Origin: Actinomycetota bacterium
Lineage (GTDB): Bacteria; Actinomycetota; UBA4738; HRBIN12
Length of the DNA: 64,000 bases
Reading direction: 5' to 3'
Assembly: GCA_049587975.1 (NCBI GenBank)
Contig: JBAVEY010000149.1
Location: 20,728-84,727 of the forward strand
Part shown: piece after piece, positions 47,910-56,947 of the stretch
Numbering within the stretch: the stretch's first letter is position 1
Layout of the letters: each line of letters opens with the position of its first letter
Made by a program: the position numbers and the translations under genes
Notes under the pieces: generated by a model
What the model saw: the letters and a program-made list of their open reading frames with translations, nothing else
Databases searched by the model: none
What the model was told of the DNA's origin: nothing

Positions 47910-48365
47910 TCACTCCCCCACGAAGAACACGAGCCGGAAGCGGCCGATCTGGACCTCGTCGTGGGCAGCGAGCTTGGTCACCTCGACCCGCTCGCGGTTC
48001 ACGTAGGTGCCGTTCATGCTCCCGAGATCGTGGATGTAGAACCCGTCGGGGTGGCGACGGATCTCCGCGTGCTTGCGGCTCACGCTGATGTCGTCGAGGA
48101 AAACGTCGCTCTCGGGGTTGCGGCCGGTGCTGGTGACCTCTCCCTCGATCATGAACGTCGATCCGGCGTTGGGCCCATGCTTGACCAACAGGAGAGCCTG
48201 ACCGGCCTTGAGCTCGTCCTCCGGGAAGGGGAACTCCTCCGGACCCTCCGTTTCGATCTCGACCGGGCTGAGGCCGAGGGTGGTCTCCTCCTGCAGGACA
48301 GCGCCGCAGTTCGCGCAGTAGCGCGCCTCGTCCTTGTTCGGATGTCCACAGCGGGTGCAGTACAC
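47910..48365 (-). CDS. FHA-domain protein (GarA/OdhI-like) with N-terminal zinc ribbon
   Basis: CTRCGHPN..CANCG ribbon, then an EETTLG segment, then an FHA core (GRNPESDVFLDDISVSRKHAEI...GSMNGTYVN). Confidence 0.7.
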   Translation of the reverse strand: MYCTRCGHPNKDEARYCANCGAVLQEETTLGLSPVEIETEGPEEFPFPEDELKAGQALLLVKHGPNAGSTFMIEGEVTSTGRNPESDVFLDDISVSRKHAEIRRHPDGFYIHDLGSMNGTYVNRERVEVTKLAAHDEVQIGRFRLVFFVGE

Positions 48366-48399
48366 GCTCGACTCCCCGTTGCCCTCGTCTCACCTCGAC

Positions 48400-48860
48400 G
48401 GTCGGGTTCGAAAGGGTCGACCTCGACCTCGAGACCCACTCGAACCTATCGCCGATGGAGCACAGGGTCAACCGGAACCGAGGCGAAGACGAGCCGGTGG
48501 TCGACGGTTCCGGGTCTGAGATCCGATGGGTCGGGTGCAAGGGTCGATGGCAGGGAGACCCTGGGTTCCAGGGTGGACGCAGGGGACGTTCGACGACCGG
48601 TGAGCCTGCACCTCGACACCCGATCTGGATCAGCCGAACCTCGGGTCGACGTCGCCTCGCACGGCGAAACCTGGACGTGGACGGGCGACGCGGGTCGACC
48701 TCGCCTCCCGCGATCATCCGATCTCCGGGCCACGTCGAGACCACGTCCCGGCCACCGGATGCCGGCGAGCCGTCGACCCTCAGGGTTCGGTCCGCCGCCT
48801 CCTCGACAGGTGGAGCTTCGCGGTCGATACAACCGGAGACTTCGGCCGGAGACTTCGAGT
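48400..48860. repeat. About 500-nt noncoding leader/intergenic region with multiple GGTCGAC/GTCGAC palindromic motifs and a short tandem 13-mer
   Basis: At least seven (G)GTCGA(C) cores occur near 48409, 48419, 48500, 48555, 48643, 48693, 48770 and 48822. A tandem ccggagacttcg x2 lies at 48833-48859. No convincing ORF is present. Confidence 0.4.
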
Positions 48861-48869
48861 GGAGCGGCC

Positions 48870-49262
48870 TCAGGCGTCCTGCTGCTCGACGAACGCTCGA
48901 TACGCCGCGGCGTCCATCAGGCCGTCGAGCGCGGCGGGATCCTCCACGTCCAGCAGGACCAGCCACCCGTCCCCGTAGGGCTGCTCGTTCACGAGCTCGG
49001 GACGTTCCTGCAGCAGCGGGTTGCGTTCGGCGACGGTGCCCGTCACCGGGGCGAACACATCCGAGACCGACTTGGTCGACTCGACCTCGCTGAAGGGTTG
49101 GTTCGCGGTCACGGCCGTACCTTCGTCGGGCACGTCGACGTACACGACGTCGCCGAGCGCATCCTGGGCGAAGTCGGTGATGCCGACCCGGATCCGGTTC
49201 GAGCCTTCGTCGCGCGCCCACTCGTGTTCGGCGGTGTACCGGAGGTCGTCCGGGAACTCCAT
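48870..49262 (-). CDS. gcvH: Glycine cleavage system H protein
   Basis: Lipoyl-lysine motif ESTKSV; 130 aa. Confidence 0.9.
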   Translation of the reverse strand: MEFPDDLRYTAEHEWARDEGSNRIRVGITDFAQDALGDVVYVDVPDEGTAVTANQPFSEVESTKSVSDVFAPVTGTVAERNPLLQERPELVNEQPYGDGWLVLLDVEDPAALDGLMDAAAYRAFVEQQDA

Positions 49263-49334
49263 GCTGTCTCCTCGTCGTGGCGGGCCGGATGCAGGCTGGA
49301 ACCTAGCACGTCGGCCGGGAGGCTTCGCCGGCCA

Positions 49335-49934
49335 TCAGGCGGAGGGGTCGGCGGCTCGGTCCGACGGCCTTCGCCAGGCACGACGGAGGTCCCCCACGTA
49401 CAGGGCGGTCGCGACGTAGTACTCGACGATGCCGGCTACGAAGATGGCCCAGCCGCAGGCCAGAGCGGCCGGCGCGAGCGCGTAGCCGAGGGTCCCCCAC
49501 GCGATGCACGCGATCGCCGCCATCAGCGCGAACGTCGCGACCTTGCCCAGGTACCGGACCTCGATCCGGGCTCGACGCTTCGAGAGCAGCACGAGCCCGG
49601 CGACCAGCACCGCCACGTCGCGGAGCAGGATGAGCAGCGCCGCCCACAGCGGGAACGCGTCGCGGACGACGAGCGCGATCAACCCGGCCGCGATCGCCAG
49701 ACGATCGGCCACGGGGTCCAACACCTTGCCGAGCTCCGAAACCTGGCCGGTCGCTCGGGCGATCGCCCCGTCGACCCAGTCGGTGGCCAGCACGACCACG
49801 AAGAGGGCGAGACCCGCCTCAGTAGTGTCGGGATCGACGATCAGGGTCACGAAGACCGGGATGAGTGCGATCCGGAGGAACGAGAGGAGGTTCGGGATCG
49901 TGAGGATGCGGTCGGTATCGGCCGGCGCCACCAT
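49335..49934 (-). CDS. CDP-alcohol phosphatidyltransferase (PgsA-like)
   Basis: The CDP-alcohol phosphatidyltransferase motif D..DG..AR...G..LD...D is present (DWVDGAIARATGQVSELGKVLDPVAD). Confidence 0.8.
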   Translation of the reverse strand: MVAPADTDRILTIPNLLSFLRIALIPVFVTLIVDPDTTEAGLALFVVVLATDWVDGAIARATGQVSELGKVLDPVADRLAIAAGLIALVVRDAFPLWAALLILLRDVAVLVAGLVLLSKRRARIEVRYLGKVATFALMAAIACIAWGTLGYALAPAALACGWAIFVAGIVEYYVATALYVGDLRRAWRRPSDRAADPSA

Positions 49935-49955
49935 GGCGCGGCGAACGTATCACCC

Positions 49956-50032
49956 GGTCGGGCCGGCGGGATTCGAACCCGCGACCTCCTGACCCCCAGT
50001 CAGACGCGCTAACCAAGCTGCGCCACGGCCCG
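49956..50032 (-). tRNA. tRNA-Pro (anticodon GGG)
   Basis: Hand-folded cloverleaf: acceptor stem CGGGCCG/CGGCCCG, D-arm GCGC-AGCTTGGTTA-GCGC, anticodon stem TCTGA/TCAGG with loop CTGGGGG, and T-arm GCGGG-TTCGAAT-CCCGC. Discriminator is A; CCA is not encoded. Confidence 0.8.
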
Positions 50033-50054
50033 TGGGAGGAGTCTACCCCCGGGC

Positions 50055-51356
50055 TCAGCGGGGCCGGCGTCGGCCCTGGCGGAACCGCACGCCGATGGGC
50101 ACGCCATCGAGGTCCAGGGCGCGTCGCAGCCGACCCTCGAGGAACCGCTGGTAGCTGGCCGAGGGCGGTCCGGAGCCGAACAGGACGAAGCGCGGAGGGC
50201 CCGCCGCGACCTGCGTCGCGTAGCGGTACCGGACGCCGCCGGGAGCCTGCTGCTCGGCCTGCGCGGCGGCGACGACCTCGTTCACGCGGGCGGTCGGGGC
50301 GCGGCTGGTCCACGCCTCGTACACGTGCTGCAGGACCGCCGGGAGGCGGTGGACGCCGGTGCCGGCGATCGCCGAGGTCCGGAGCATGGGCGCACGCGCG
50401 TACGGGGAAAGCAGCTCGGTCAGCTCCTTGAAGGCCCGGTCTCGCTCCTCGACGAGGTCCCACTTGTTGGCCACGACGGCGAGCCCGCGACCGACCTCCA
50501 TCACGCGCGCCGCGATGCGCTTGTCCTCCCCCGCGAACCCTTGCGAGGCGTCGAGGACGAGCAGGGCGACATGCGCGCGCTCGATCGCGCGTTCCGCGCG
50601 CAGGAAGCTGTAGTACTCGACGCCCTGGGCCTTGGATGGACGGCGGAACCCCGCCGTGTCCACGAAGCGCACCGGACCGTCCGGCCACTCGACGAGGGCG
50701 TCCACGGCGTCGCGCGTGGTTCCCGCCTCCTCGTACACGACGGAGCGCTCCTCCCGTACGAGACGGTTGAACAGGCTGGACTTGCCGACGTTCGGTCGCC
50801 CGACGATCGCGAACCGCGGCTCCTCCGCCTCCTCGGCCTCGGCGGAAGGCTCCTCGGGCAACAAGGCCACGAGCCGATCCAGGAGGTCGCCAGAGCCTCG
50901 CCCATGCAGGGCCGAGACCGGCACCGGATCCCCGAGGCCGAACGCGTGGAAGGCCGCGACCTCCGCCTCATCCCGCTCCGAGTCGACCTTGTTCACGACG
51001 ACCAGGACCGGCACCTTCGCTCGGCGGAGGCGCCGAGCGAGGATCGCGTCCTCCTCGACGGGCCCCGTCTGGACGTCGACCACCAGCAACACGACGTCGG
51101 CCGTCCCGACCGCCCGTTCCGCCTGGTCGGACACCAACGCCTCGATCCCCGTCGCCCCGTGCGCGAACCCACCCGTGTCGACCAACCTGAGGGTTCGACC
51201 CCTCCAGGTCGCCTCGAGCTCGACCCGGTCGCGGGTCACGCCGGGCATCTCGTGGGCGATCGCCTCGCGCGAGCCGAACAGCCGGTTCACGAGCGTCGAC
51301 TTGCCCACGTTCTGGCGGCCGACCACGGCCACGGCGGGCGCGCTCGTCGGGCTCAC
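50055..51356 (-). CDS. der: Ribosome-associated GTPase Der/EngA
   Basis: Two tandem GTPase domains (GRQNVGKST and GRPNVGKSS) plus a KH-like C-terminus. Confidence 0.9.
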   Translation of the reverse strand: MSPTSAPAVAVVGRQNVGKSTLVNRLFGSREAIAHEMPGVTRDRVELEATWRGRTLRLVDTGGFAHGATGIEALVSDQAERAVGTADVVLLVVDVQTGPVEEDAILARRLRRAKVPVLVVVNKVDSERDEAEVAAFHAFGLGDPVPVSALHGRGSGDLLDRLVALLPEEPSAEAEEAEEPRFAIVGRPNVGKSSLFNRLVREERSVVYEEAGTTRDAVDALVEWPDGPVRFVDTAGFRRPSKAQGVEYYSFLRAERAIERAHVALLVLDASQGFAGEDKRIAARVMEVGRGLAVVANKWDLVEERDRAFKELTELLSPYARAPMLRTSAIAGTGVHRLPAVLQHVYEAWTSRAPTARVNEVVAAAQAEQQAPGGVRYRYATQVAAGPPRFVLFGSGPPSASYQRFLEGRLRRALDLDGVPIGVRFRQGRRRPR

Positions 51357-52000
51357 GCCAGCCCGCGGTCGCGTACGAGCTCCAGCGCGCGCTCGGCGAC
51401 CTCGTCGGGTGTGAGCTCCGTGGTATCCAGGACCACCGCGTCGGACGCCGGCACGAAGGGGTTCGTCCGCGCATCCAGGCGGTCCCGCGACCCGAGCGCC
51501 TCGGCGACCCGCTCGCGGTCGCCATCACGCTCGAACGCCCGGCGATCCACCCGCTCCTCGGGATGCGCCTGCAGGAACAGCTTGAGCGGCGCGTCGGGCA
51601 CCACCACCGCGCCGATGTCGCGCCCCTCCATCACGGCACCGGCGGCGGCCAGGCGTTGCTGCTCCGCCCGGAGCACGGCCCGAACCTCGGGGTGACGCGA
51701 AACCGAGGAGACGCTCGACTCGACCTGCGGGGACGTGAGATCGGCCTCCGGCGCCCGTCCGTCGATCGTGAGTTCGGGAGGGCGAACGCTCGAGTCGAGG
51801 TCGAACCGGAGGCCGCGCGCCAGTCGCTCGAGCGCACCCGCCTCGTCGGGCGAGACGCCGTCGCGATAGGCCCTCAGGGCGAGGGCGCGATACATCAGCC
51901 CCGTGTTCACGTAGGGAAGGCCGAGCTCGGCCGCGAGGCGTCGCGCGAGCGTGCTCTTGCCGGTGCCAGCCGCCCCGTCGATCGCGATGACCGGCCTCAA
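51353..52000 (-). CDS. cmk: Cytidylate kinase
   Basis: P-loop IAIDGAAGTGKST and an NTGLMYRA-like motif. Confidence 0.9.
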   Translation of the reverse strand: MRPVIAIDGAAGTGKSTLARRLAAELGLPYVNTGLMYRALALRAYRDGVSPDEAGALERLARGLRFDLDSSVRPPELTIDGRAPEADLTSPQVESSVSSVSRHPEVRAVLRAEQQRLAAAGAVMEGRDIGAVVVPDAPLKLFLQAHPEERVDRRAFERDGDRERVAEALGSRDRLDARTNPFVPASDAVVLDTTELTPDEVAERALELVRDRGLA

Positions 52001-53373
52001 CCCTCCACCTCGATCCGCGCGCCGAGCGCGCGCATCGTTGGCACGAACCCCGGGAACGAGACCTCGACCGCCTCGATGCCATCGATCGAGACAGGACCCT
52101 TGGCGGCGAGCGCCGACACCACGGCCGCCATCGCCATGCGGTGGTCGCCGTGTGCATCGACCTCGCCTCCAACCAGACCCCCACCGCCAACGATCAGGTC
52201 GTCTCCGACGATCTCGGCTCCGCCTCCCAGCGAGCGGAGCGTGACCACCGCTGCGGCGAGGCGATCGCTTTCCTTCACGCGAAGCTCGGCCGCGCCCTCG
52301 AACCGTGTCTGATCCGTCGCGTGCGCGGCGAGCAGCGCGAGCATCGGCACCTCGTCGATCACGAGCGGGAGCTCGTCCGCCCCGACGACGGTCCCCAGCA
52401 GGGCGCCCCCCGGCCCGACCTCGAGGGACCCGACCGGCTCCCCGAGCTCCTCGCCCCCGGTCGCGGTTCGGACCGCGACCCCCATCCGCTCGAGGACCCG
52501 CAGGAAGGTCGTACGTGTCGGGTTCAGCCCGACATCGTCGATCACCAGGGCCTTCCCGGAAAGGACGGCGGCGGCGACCAGGAACGCGGCCGAGGAGACG
52601 TCGCCCGGGACCTCCGCCGAGAATCCGCCGTGCTGGAACGCTCGGACCGTCGCCCGGCCGGGCTCGAAGGAGACGGGCGCGCCGAGCCGGGCCAGTCCCC
52701 GTTCGGTGTGATCGCGGGTGGCGGCGGGCTCGAGCACGGTGGTCTCCCCCCGGGCCGCCACTCCGGCCAGCAGGACGGCACCCTTCACCTGGGCGCTCGG
52801 GACCGTGGTCCGATGCTCGATCCCGTTGAGCGCTCCCCCCCGCACCGCGACCGGGGCGCGCCCATCGGTCGTACTGACCTCGGCGCCCATCGCCCGCAGC
52901 GGCCGGGCGACACGTTCCATCGGCCTGCCGGTGAGGCTCGGGTCGCCCTGCAGGACCGTCTCGAACGGCGTGGACGCGACGACCCCCGCCAGCAGGCGCA
53001 TCGTCGTGCCCGAGTTCGCGCAGTTCAACGGTCCCTTCGAGGGGTGAAGCGCACGTCGACCTCGGCCCTCGATCACCAGCCCTCGACCCCGAGGTCGAGG
53101 GTCGTTCGTCGTGGAACGGTCACCGTTCGCCTCCGCAGCGGGGTTCGAAGCCCAACCCTCGAGTGCAACGCCAGCCTCGGTGGGCGCGATCTCGGCCAGG
53201 CAGCTCGCCGTCGCCCTGACGTCAAGGGACGCGGGGAGGCCCCGGAGCTCGCTCCGGCCGAGCCCGGTGGTCGCGAGGATCAACCATCGATGCGAGATCG
53301 ACTTGTCACCGGGCACGCTGGCTCGACCTCCCTCGATGCCGCCGGGGTGGACGATCGCGCGCACGCCGGTCAT
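51997..53373 (-). CDS. aroA: 3-phosphoshikimate 1-carboxyvinyltransferase (EPSP synthase)
   Basis: N-terminal VPGDKSISHR motif is present. The start was set at ATG 53373 (MTGVRAI); the ~330-aa upstream extension in the ORF track is a high-GC artefact. Confidence 0.85.
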   Translation of the reverse strand: MTGVRAIVHPGGIEGGRASVPGDKSISHRWLILATTGLGRSELRGLPASLDVRATASCLAEIAPTEAGVALEGWASNPAAEANGDRSTTNDPRPRGRGLVIEGRGRRALHPSKGPLNCANSGTTMRLLAGVVASTPFETVLQGDPSLTGRPMERVARPLRAMGAEVSTTDGRAPVAVRGGALNGIEHRTTVPSAQVKGAVLLAGVAARGETTVLEPAATRDHTERGLARLGAPVSFEPGRATVRAFQHGGFSAEVPGDVSSAAFLVAAAVLSGKALVIDDVGLNPTRTTFLRVLERMGVAVRTATGGEELGEPVGSLEVGPGGALLGTVVGADELPLVIDEVPMLALLAAHATDQTRFEGAAELRVKESDRLAAAVVTLRSLGGGAEIVGDDLIVGGGGLVGGEVDAHGDHRMAMAAVVSALAAKGPVSIDGIEAVEVSFPGFVPTMRALGARIEVEG

Positions 53374-54464
53374 GCCAGCCGCAGGGGCTCGAACCAGCGG
53401 GCACGCAGCGCCCTCTCGGCGTCCTCGGCCGCGTCGGCTGCCACCGTGAGGTGCACCGTCCCACGCCCTCCCTCGGGTGAGTGCACGATCTGGAGGTCCT
53501 CGATGTTGACGCCCGCCTCGCTCATCGTCGAGGTCACCTCCGCGAGGACGCCGGGGCGATCGGGAACCGGCACCTGCAGGACCGCGACGCCCGCCTTCAC
53601 CTGCGGCTTCGCGGCGAGCGACAGCCGTGCGCGCTTGGCGTCGCCGAACGCACGCTCGACCCCATCGGCGTCCCCCGCACCGATCAGGCTCCGGAGCCGG
53701 GAGAGCCGGTCCACGTACAGGTCGATCGCGCGGGCGATCGCGTCGGCGTTCGCGAGCAGGATGTCGCTCCACAGGCGCGGGCTCGAGGCGGCGAGGCGCG
53801 TCAGATCCCGGAACCCCCCGGCGGCGAGGAGCAGGATCTCGGGTTCCCCCGCCTCCTCGGCGGCCGCTAGGCCCATCAACGACGTCGACGCGACCTGCGG
53901 CAGGTGGCTCACCACCGCGACCAGCCGGTCGTGGCGTTCGGGCTCCATGGGCGTCGGACGGGCGCCGACCTTCTCTACCCACGCCGCCACGCGGGCCAGG
54001 GTCGCCTCCGGGACCGACGGGGCCGGGCAGAGCACCCAGACCGCGCCATCGAGCACGGCCGCCGACGCGTGATCGGGCCCCGATCGCTCCGAGCCCCCCA
54101 TCGGGTGCCCCCCCACGAAGCGTTCGGCATGCGCCGGATCGGCATCCCGGCCGACCTCGTCCATCACCTGAGACTTCACGCTCCCCACGTCCGTCACGAT
54201 GGCCTCGGGCACGAGGCGCAGGACCTCCGCCACCAGGCGGCCCAGCGACGGGATCGGCGTGCAGACGAAGACCAGCGTCGCGCCTCGCACGCACCCCTGG
54301 AGCGTCGACGACGGGGTGAGCCCCGAGCGCTCGGCCGCCCGGGCCAGTGCCCACGGGTCGATGTCGAACCCGCGGACCGACTCCCCCGCCCGGACCGCGG
54401 CCATCGCGATCGAGGTGCCGATCAGCCCGGTCCCGACGACCGCGACGCGCTCAGCCGAGGTCAT
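53370..54464 (-). CDS. tyrA: Prephenate dehydrogenase with C-terminal ACT domain
   Basis: Rossmann motif VAVVGTGLIG, a PDH core, and a C-terminal ACT domain (VLQVPVPDRPGVLAEVTS). Start at ATG 54464. Confidence 0.8.
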   Translation of the reverse strand: MTSAERVAVVGTGLIGTSIAMAAVRAGESVRGFDIDPWALARAAERSGLTPSSTLQGCVRGATLVFVCTPIPSLGRLVAEVLRLVPEAIVTDVGSVKSQVMDEVGRDADPAHAERFVGGHPMGGSERSGPDHASAAVLDGAVWVLCPAPSVPEATLARVAAWVEKVGARPTPMEPERHDRLVAVVSHLPQVASTSLMGLAAAEEAGEPEILLLAAGGFRDLTRLAASSPRLWSDILLANADAIARAIDLYVDRLSRLRSLIGAGDADGVERAFGDAKRARLSLAAKPQVKAGVAVLQVPVPDRPGVLAEVTSTMSEAGVNIEDLQIVHSPEGGRGTVHLTVAADAAEDAERALRARWFEPLRLA

Positions 54465-54822
54465 CGCGCAGCGTCTCCGCGCCGTCGAGGTACACGTGCT
54501 TGACCTCGCCGACCCCGCGCGGGGTATGGAACTGGAGGAGGACACGGATCACCGCTCGCATCGACCCAGCGACCGGGATCTCCTGCGCGCAGAGCAGCGG
54601 CACGCGGCCGAGGCCCATGCGCCGCGCCGCCTCGGCCGGGAACACCGACCGCAGGTCGTCCGTCACGGTGAAGAAGACGCTCACGATGTCCTCGGGCGCG
54701 ACCTCGTTGCCCTCCAGCATCAGGCCGAGGAGGCGTTCGGTCGCCGTCAGGACCGAGGAGACGGTGTCCTGATCGACCCGGATCGCCCCGCGCGCCGCCC
54801 GTACCCTGATCTCGCCCACCAC
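54451..54822 (-). CDS. aroH: Monofunctional chorismate mutase, AroH class
   Basis: N-terminal IRVRAARGAI..DT matches the VRAIRGAT signature of AroH-type chorismate mutases. About 120 aa. Confidence 0.65.
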   Translation of the reverse strand: MVGEIRVRAARGAIRVDQDTVSSVLTATERLLGLMLEGNEVAPEDIVSVFFTVTDDLRSVFPAEAARRMGLGRVPLLCAQEIPVAGSMRAVIRVLLQFHTPRGVGEVKHVYLDGAETLRDDLG

Positions 54823-54898
54823 GCCTCCGCCGCACCGATGTCGCGCGAAAGGCTACAGGGCGGGCTCGTTCACGGTCGGACGCGACGACCGAAGGGCG

Positions 54899-55636
54899 TC
54901 AGAGACCGGCGACGCGGTACAGCGCGCGCAGGTCATCGGGCTCGAGCTCCCGGACGTCGCCGGGGCGGAGCCGTCCCAGGCGGATCGGTCCGACCCGCAC
55001 ACGGACCAGGCGGCGCACCGGCAGGCCGACGGCGTCGAGCATCTTGCGGACCTCGCGCTTGCGTCCCTCGACCATCACCAGCCTGACCCCACCTCGACCG
55101 CTCGCGCCGCCCCGGCCGCCCACGCCGCCGGCCGAGCGTGCGTCGACCGCCTTCGCGATCCCGTCGTCGAGCTCCACGCCTCGACGCAGCCGCGACAGCT
55201 GGCGGTTCGACGGTGGACGGTCCACCTCTGCCAGGTACTCCTTCTCGATCGCGTACCTCGGATGCGTCAGTCGATGCGAGAGCTCGCCGTCGTTCGACAG
55301 CAGCAGGAGCCCCTCGGTGTCACGGTCCAGCCGTCCCACGGGGAACACGTGGACGCCCTTGGGGAGGAAGTTGGTGAGATCGCGTTCGGCGTGCGGGTCC
55401 CGCATCGTGGTGGTCACGCCGCGCGGCTTGTGCAGAGCGAACGTCCGCAGCTCGGGATCGACGTTGACCTTCGCGCCGTCGACGCGCACCTGGTCCGTCG
55501 AGGGGTCGACGCGGTCCCCGAGCGTCGCCTCACGCCCGTTGATCCGCACGCGCCCCGCAGCGATCAGCTCCTCGCACGCGCGCCGCGACCCGAACCCGGC
55601 GCGGGCGAGCGCACGTTGGAGGCGCTCGACCGGCAT
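54899..55636 (-). CDS. rluB: Pseudouridine synthase, RsuA/RluB family
   Basis: S4 domain (RLQRALARAGFGSRRACEELIAAGRVRING) plus a catalytic Asp in GRLDRDTEGLLLLSNDG. Confidence 0.8.
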   Translation of the reverse strand: MPVERLQRALARAGFGSRRACEELIAAGRVRINGREATLGDRVDPSTDQVRVDGAKVNVDPELRTFALHKPRGVTTTMRDPHAERDLTNFLPKGVHVFPVGRLDRDTEGLLLLSNDGELSHRLTHPRYAIEKEYLAEVDRPPSNRQLSRLRRGVELDDGIAKAVDARSAGGVGGRGGASGRGGVRLVMVEGRKREVRKMLDAVGLPVRRLVRVRVGPIRLGRLRPGDVRELEPDDLRALYRVAGL

Positions 55637-55642
55637 CCGACG

Positions 55643-56206
55643 TCAGTCGGTGCCGGCCGTCTCGGCCTCCACGTCCCCTGCGCCCGCCCGTAGGAGCGGC
55701 GCGAGCGGAGGGAGGGCCGACAGGGAGGGCAACCCCAGCCGTTCGAGGAACTCGGGGGTCGTCCCGTACAGCACCGGCCGGCCCGGCGTCTCCTCGCGGC
55801 CGACCTCGGCCACGAGTCCGCGGTCCACCAGCGCGCGGAGGACCCCTTCGGAGTTCACCCCGCGGACGCCCGAGATCTGGTGACGCGTGACGGGCTGCTT
55901 GTACGCGACGATCGAAAGGGTCTCCAGCGCGGCCTTGGTCAACCGCGTGTGACGGGACGCGAGCACGTACTGCTCGACGACCGGCGCGGCCTCGGGGTGG
56001 GTCGTCAGGCGCCATCCGCCCCCGACGCTTCGGAGCGTGACCCCGGCGCCTCGCTCCTCGTACCCGCGCGCGAGCTCCTCGCACAGCCCATCGATCGTCG
56101 CCCGGTCGGCGCCCAGGGCTTGCGCGAGCACCGCGGAGGTCACGGGCTCGTCCGAGATGAAGAGCAGGGCCTCGAGCGAGCGGAGCGACGACGCACGCTG
56201 GCTCAC
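55643..56206 (-). CDS. scpB: Segregation and condensation protein B
   Basis: Winged-helix repeats (LEALLFISDEPV...). The GTG start at 56206 overlaps the scpA stop (GTGA). Confidence 0.8.
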   Translation of the reverse strand: MSQRASSLRSLEALLFISDEPVTSAVLAQALGADRATIDGLCEELARGYEERGAGVTLRSVGGGWRLTTHPEAAPVVEQYVLASRHTRLTKAALETLSIVAYKQPVTRHQISGVRGVNSEGVLRALVDRGLVAEVGREETPGRPVLYGTTPEFLERLGLPSLSALPPLAPLLRAGAGDVEAETAGTD

Positions 56207-56937
56207 GCGGCCTCCCCCTCCCACCGCACATCGATCTCGCCGAACGTCTCCGCCTGGGCGAGGTCGACCTTGCCCTCCCTGTAGAGCTCGAGCAGCGCGA
56301 GGAACCGCACGACGATCTGGATCCGCTCGTCGCAGTCGGCGACCAGATCGCGGAACGACGCCTGCCCCAGACGCCCGAGGTGATCTCGGACCGCCTCGAC
56401 GGCCTCGGCCATGGTGTAGCGGATCGGGGTCACGTGCGACAGGTCCAGGAGCGGCGGTGGCCGGAGTACCACCGCGGCGATCCGCGCGAGGTCGTCCGCC
56501 GTCATGCCTTCGAGCACGTCGGGGTACAGGTGCGCGAACTCGGCCGGCGGACCCGCCTCCCGCGGGAAGCGCAGGGCCTCCTCGTCGAGCAGGTTCGCTA
56601 CCTCGGTTGCGACGGTCCGGAACGCGGCGAGCTCGATCGATCGCGCATATGCGACGTCGGGCGAGACGCCGAGGAGGTCCTCCTCGTCCACGACCTCGTG
56701 CCGAGGCATCAGCCGGCCCACCTTCAGCTCCAGCAGGATCGCGCACACGGCGAGGAACCACGTCGCCTCCTCGAGCGACCAACCCTCCGCCTCCTTCGAG
56801 TGCGCGATGAAGCCTTCGGTCACCGTCGCGATCGGCACGTCGCACACGTCGACCTTCTGCTCCAGGATCAGGTCGGCGAGCACCTTGAACGGGCCGGTGA
56901 AGATCGGCAGCTCGACCGCGAATGCGCCCTCGGTCAT
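56203..56937 (-). CDS. scpA: Segregation and condensation protein A
   Basis: ScpA family; start region LPIFTGPFKVLADLILEQKVDV. Confidence 0.85.
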   Translation of the reverse strand: MTEGAFAVELPIFTGPFKVLADLILEQKVDVCDVPIATVTEGFIAHSKEAEGWSLEEATWFLAVCAILLELKVGRLMPRHEVVDEEDLLGVSPDVAYARSIELAAFRTVATEVANLLDEEALRFPREAGPPAEFAHLYPDVLEGMTADDLARIAAVVLRPPPLLDLSHVTPIRYTMAEAVEAVRDHLGRLGQASFRDLVADCDERIQIVVRFLALLELYREGKVDLAQAETFGEIDVRWEGEAA

Positions 56938-56947
56938 CCGAGCCCCC

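Noticed and set aside
53374-54354. N-terminal ~330-aa extension of the aroA ORF (785 aa in the track), and similar extensions on deoA, gcvPB, xerD, scpB, tyrA and the DksA-like gene
   Set aside because: The extensions are Gly/Arg/Pro-rich and lack homology to the family. An internal ATG or GTG gives a normal-length protein, often with GTGA/ATGA coupling to the upstream gene's stop.
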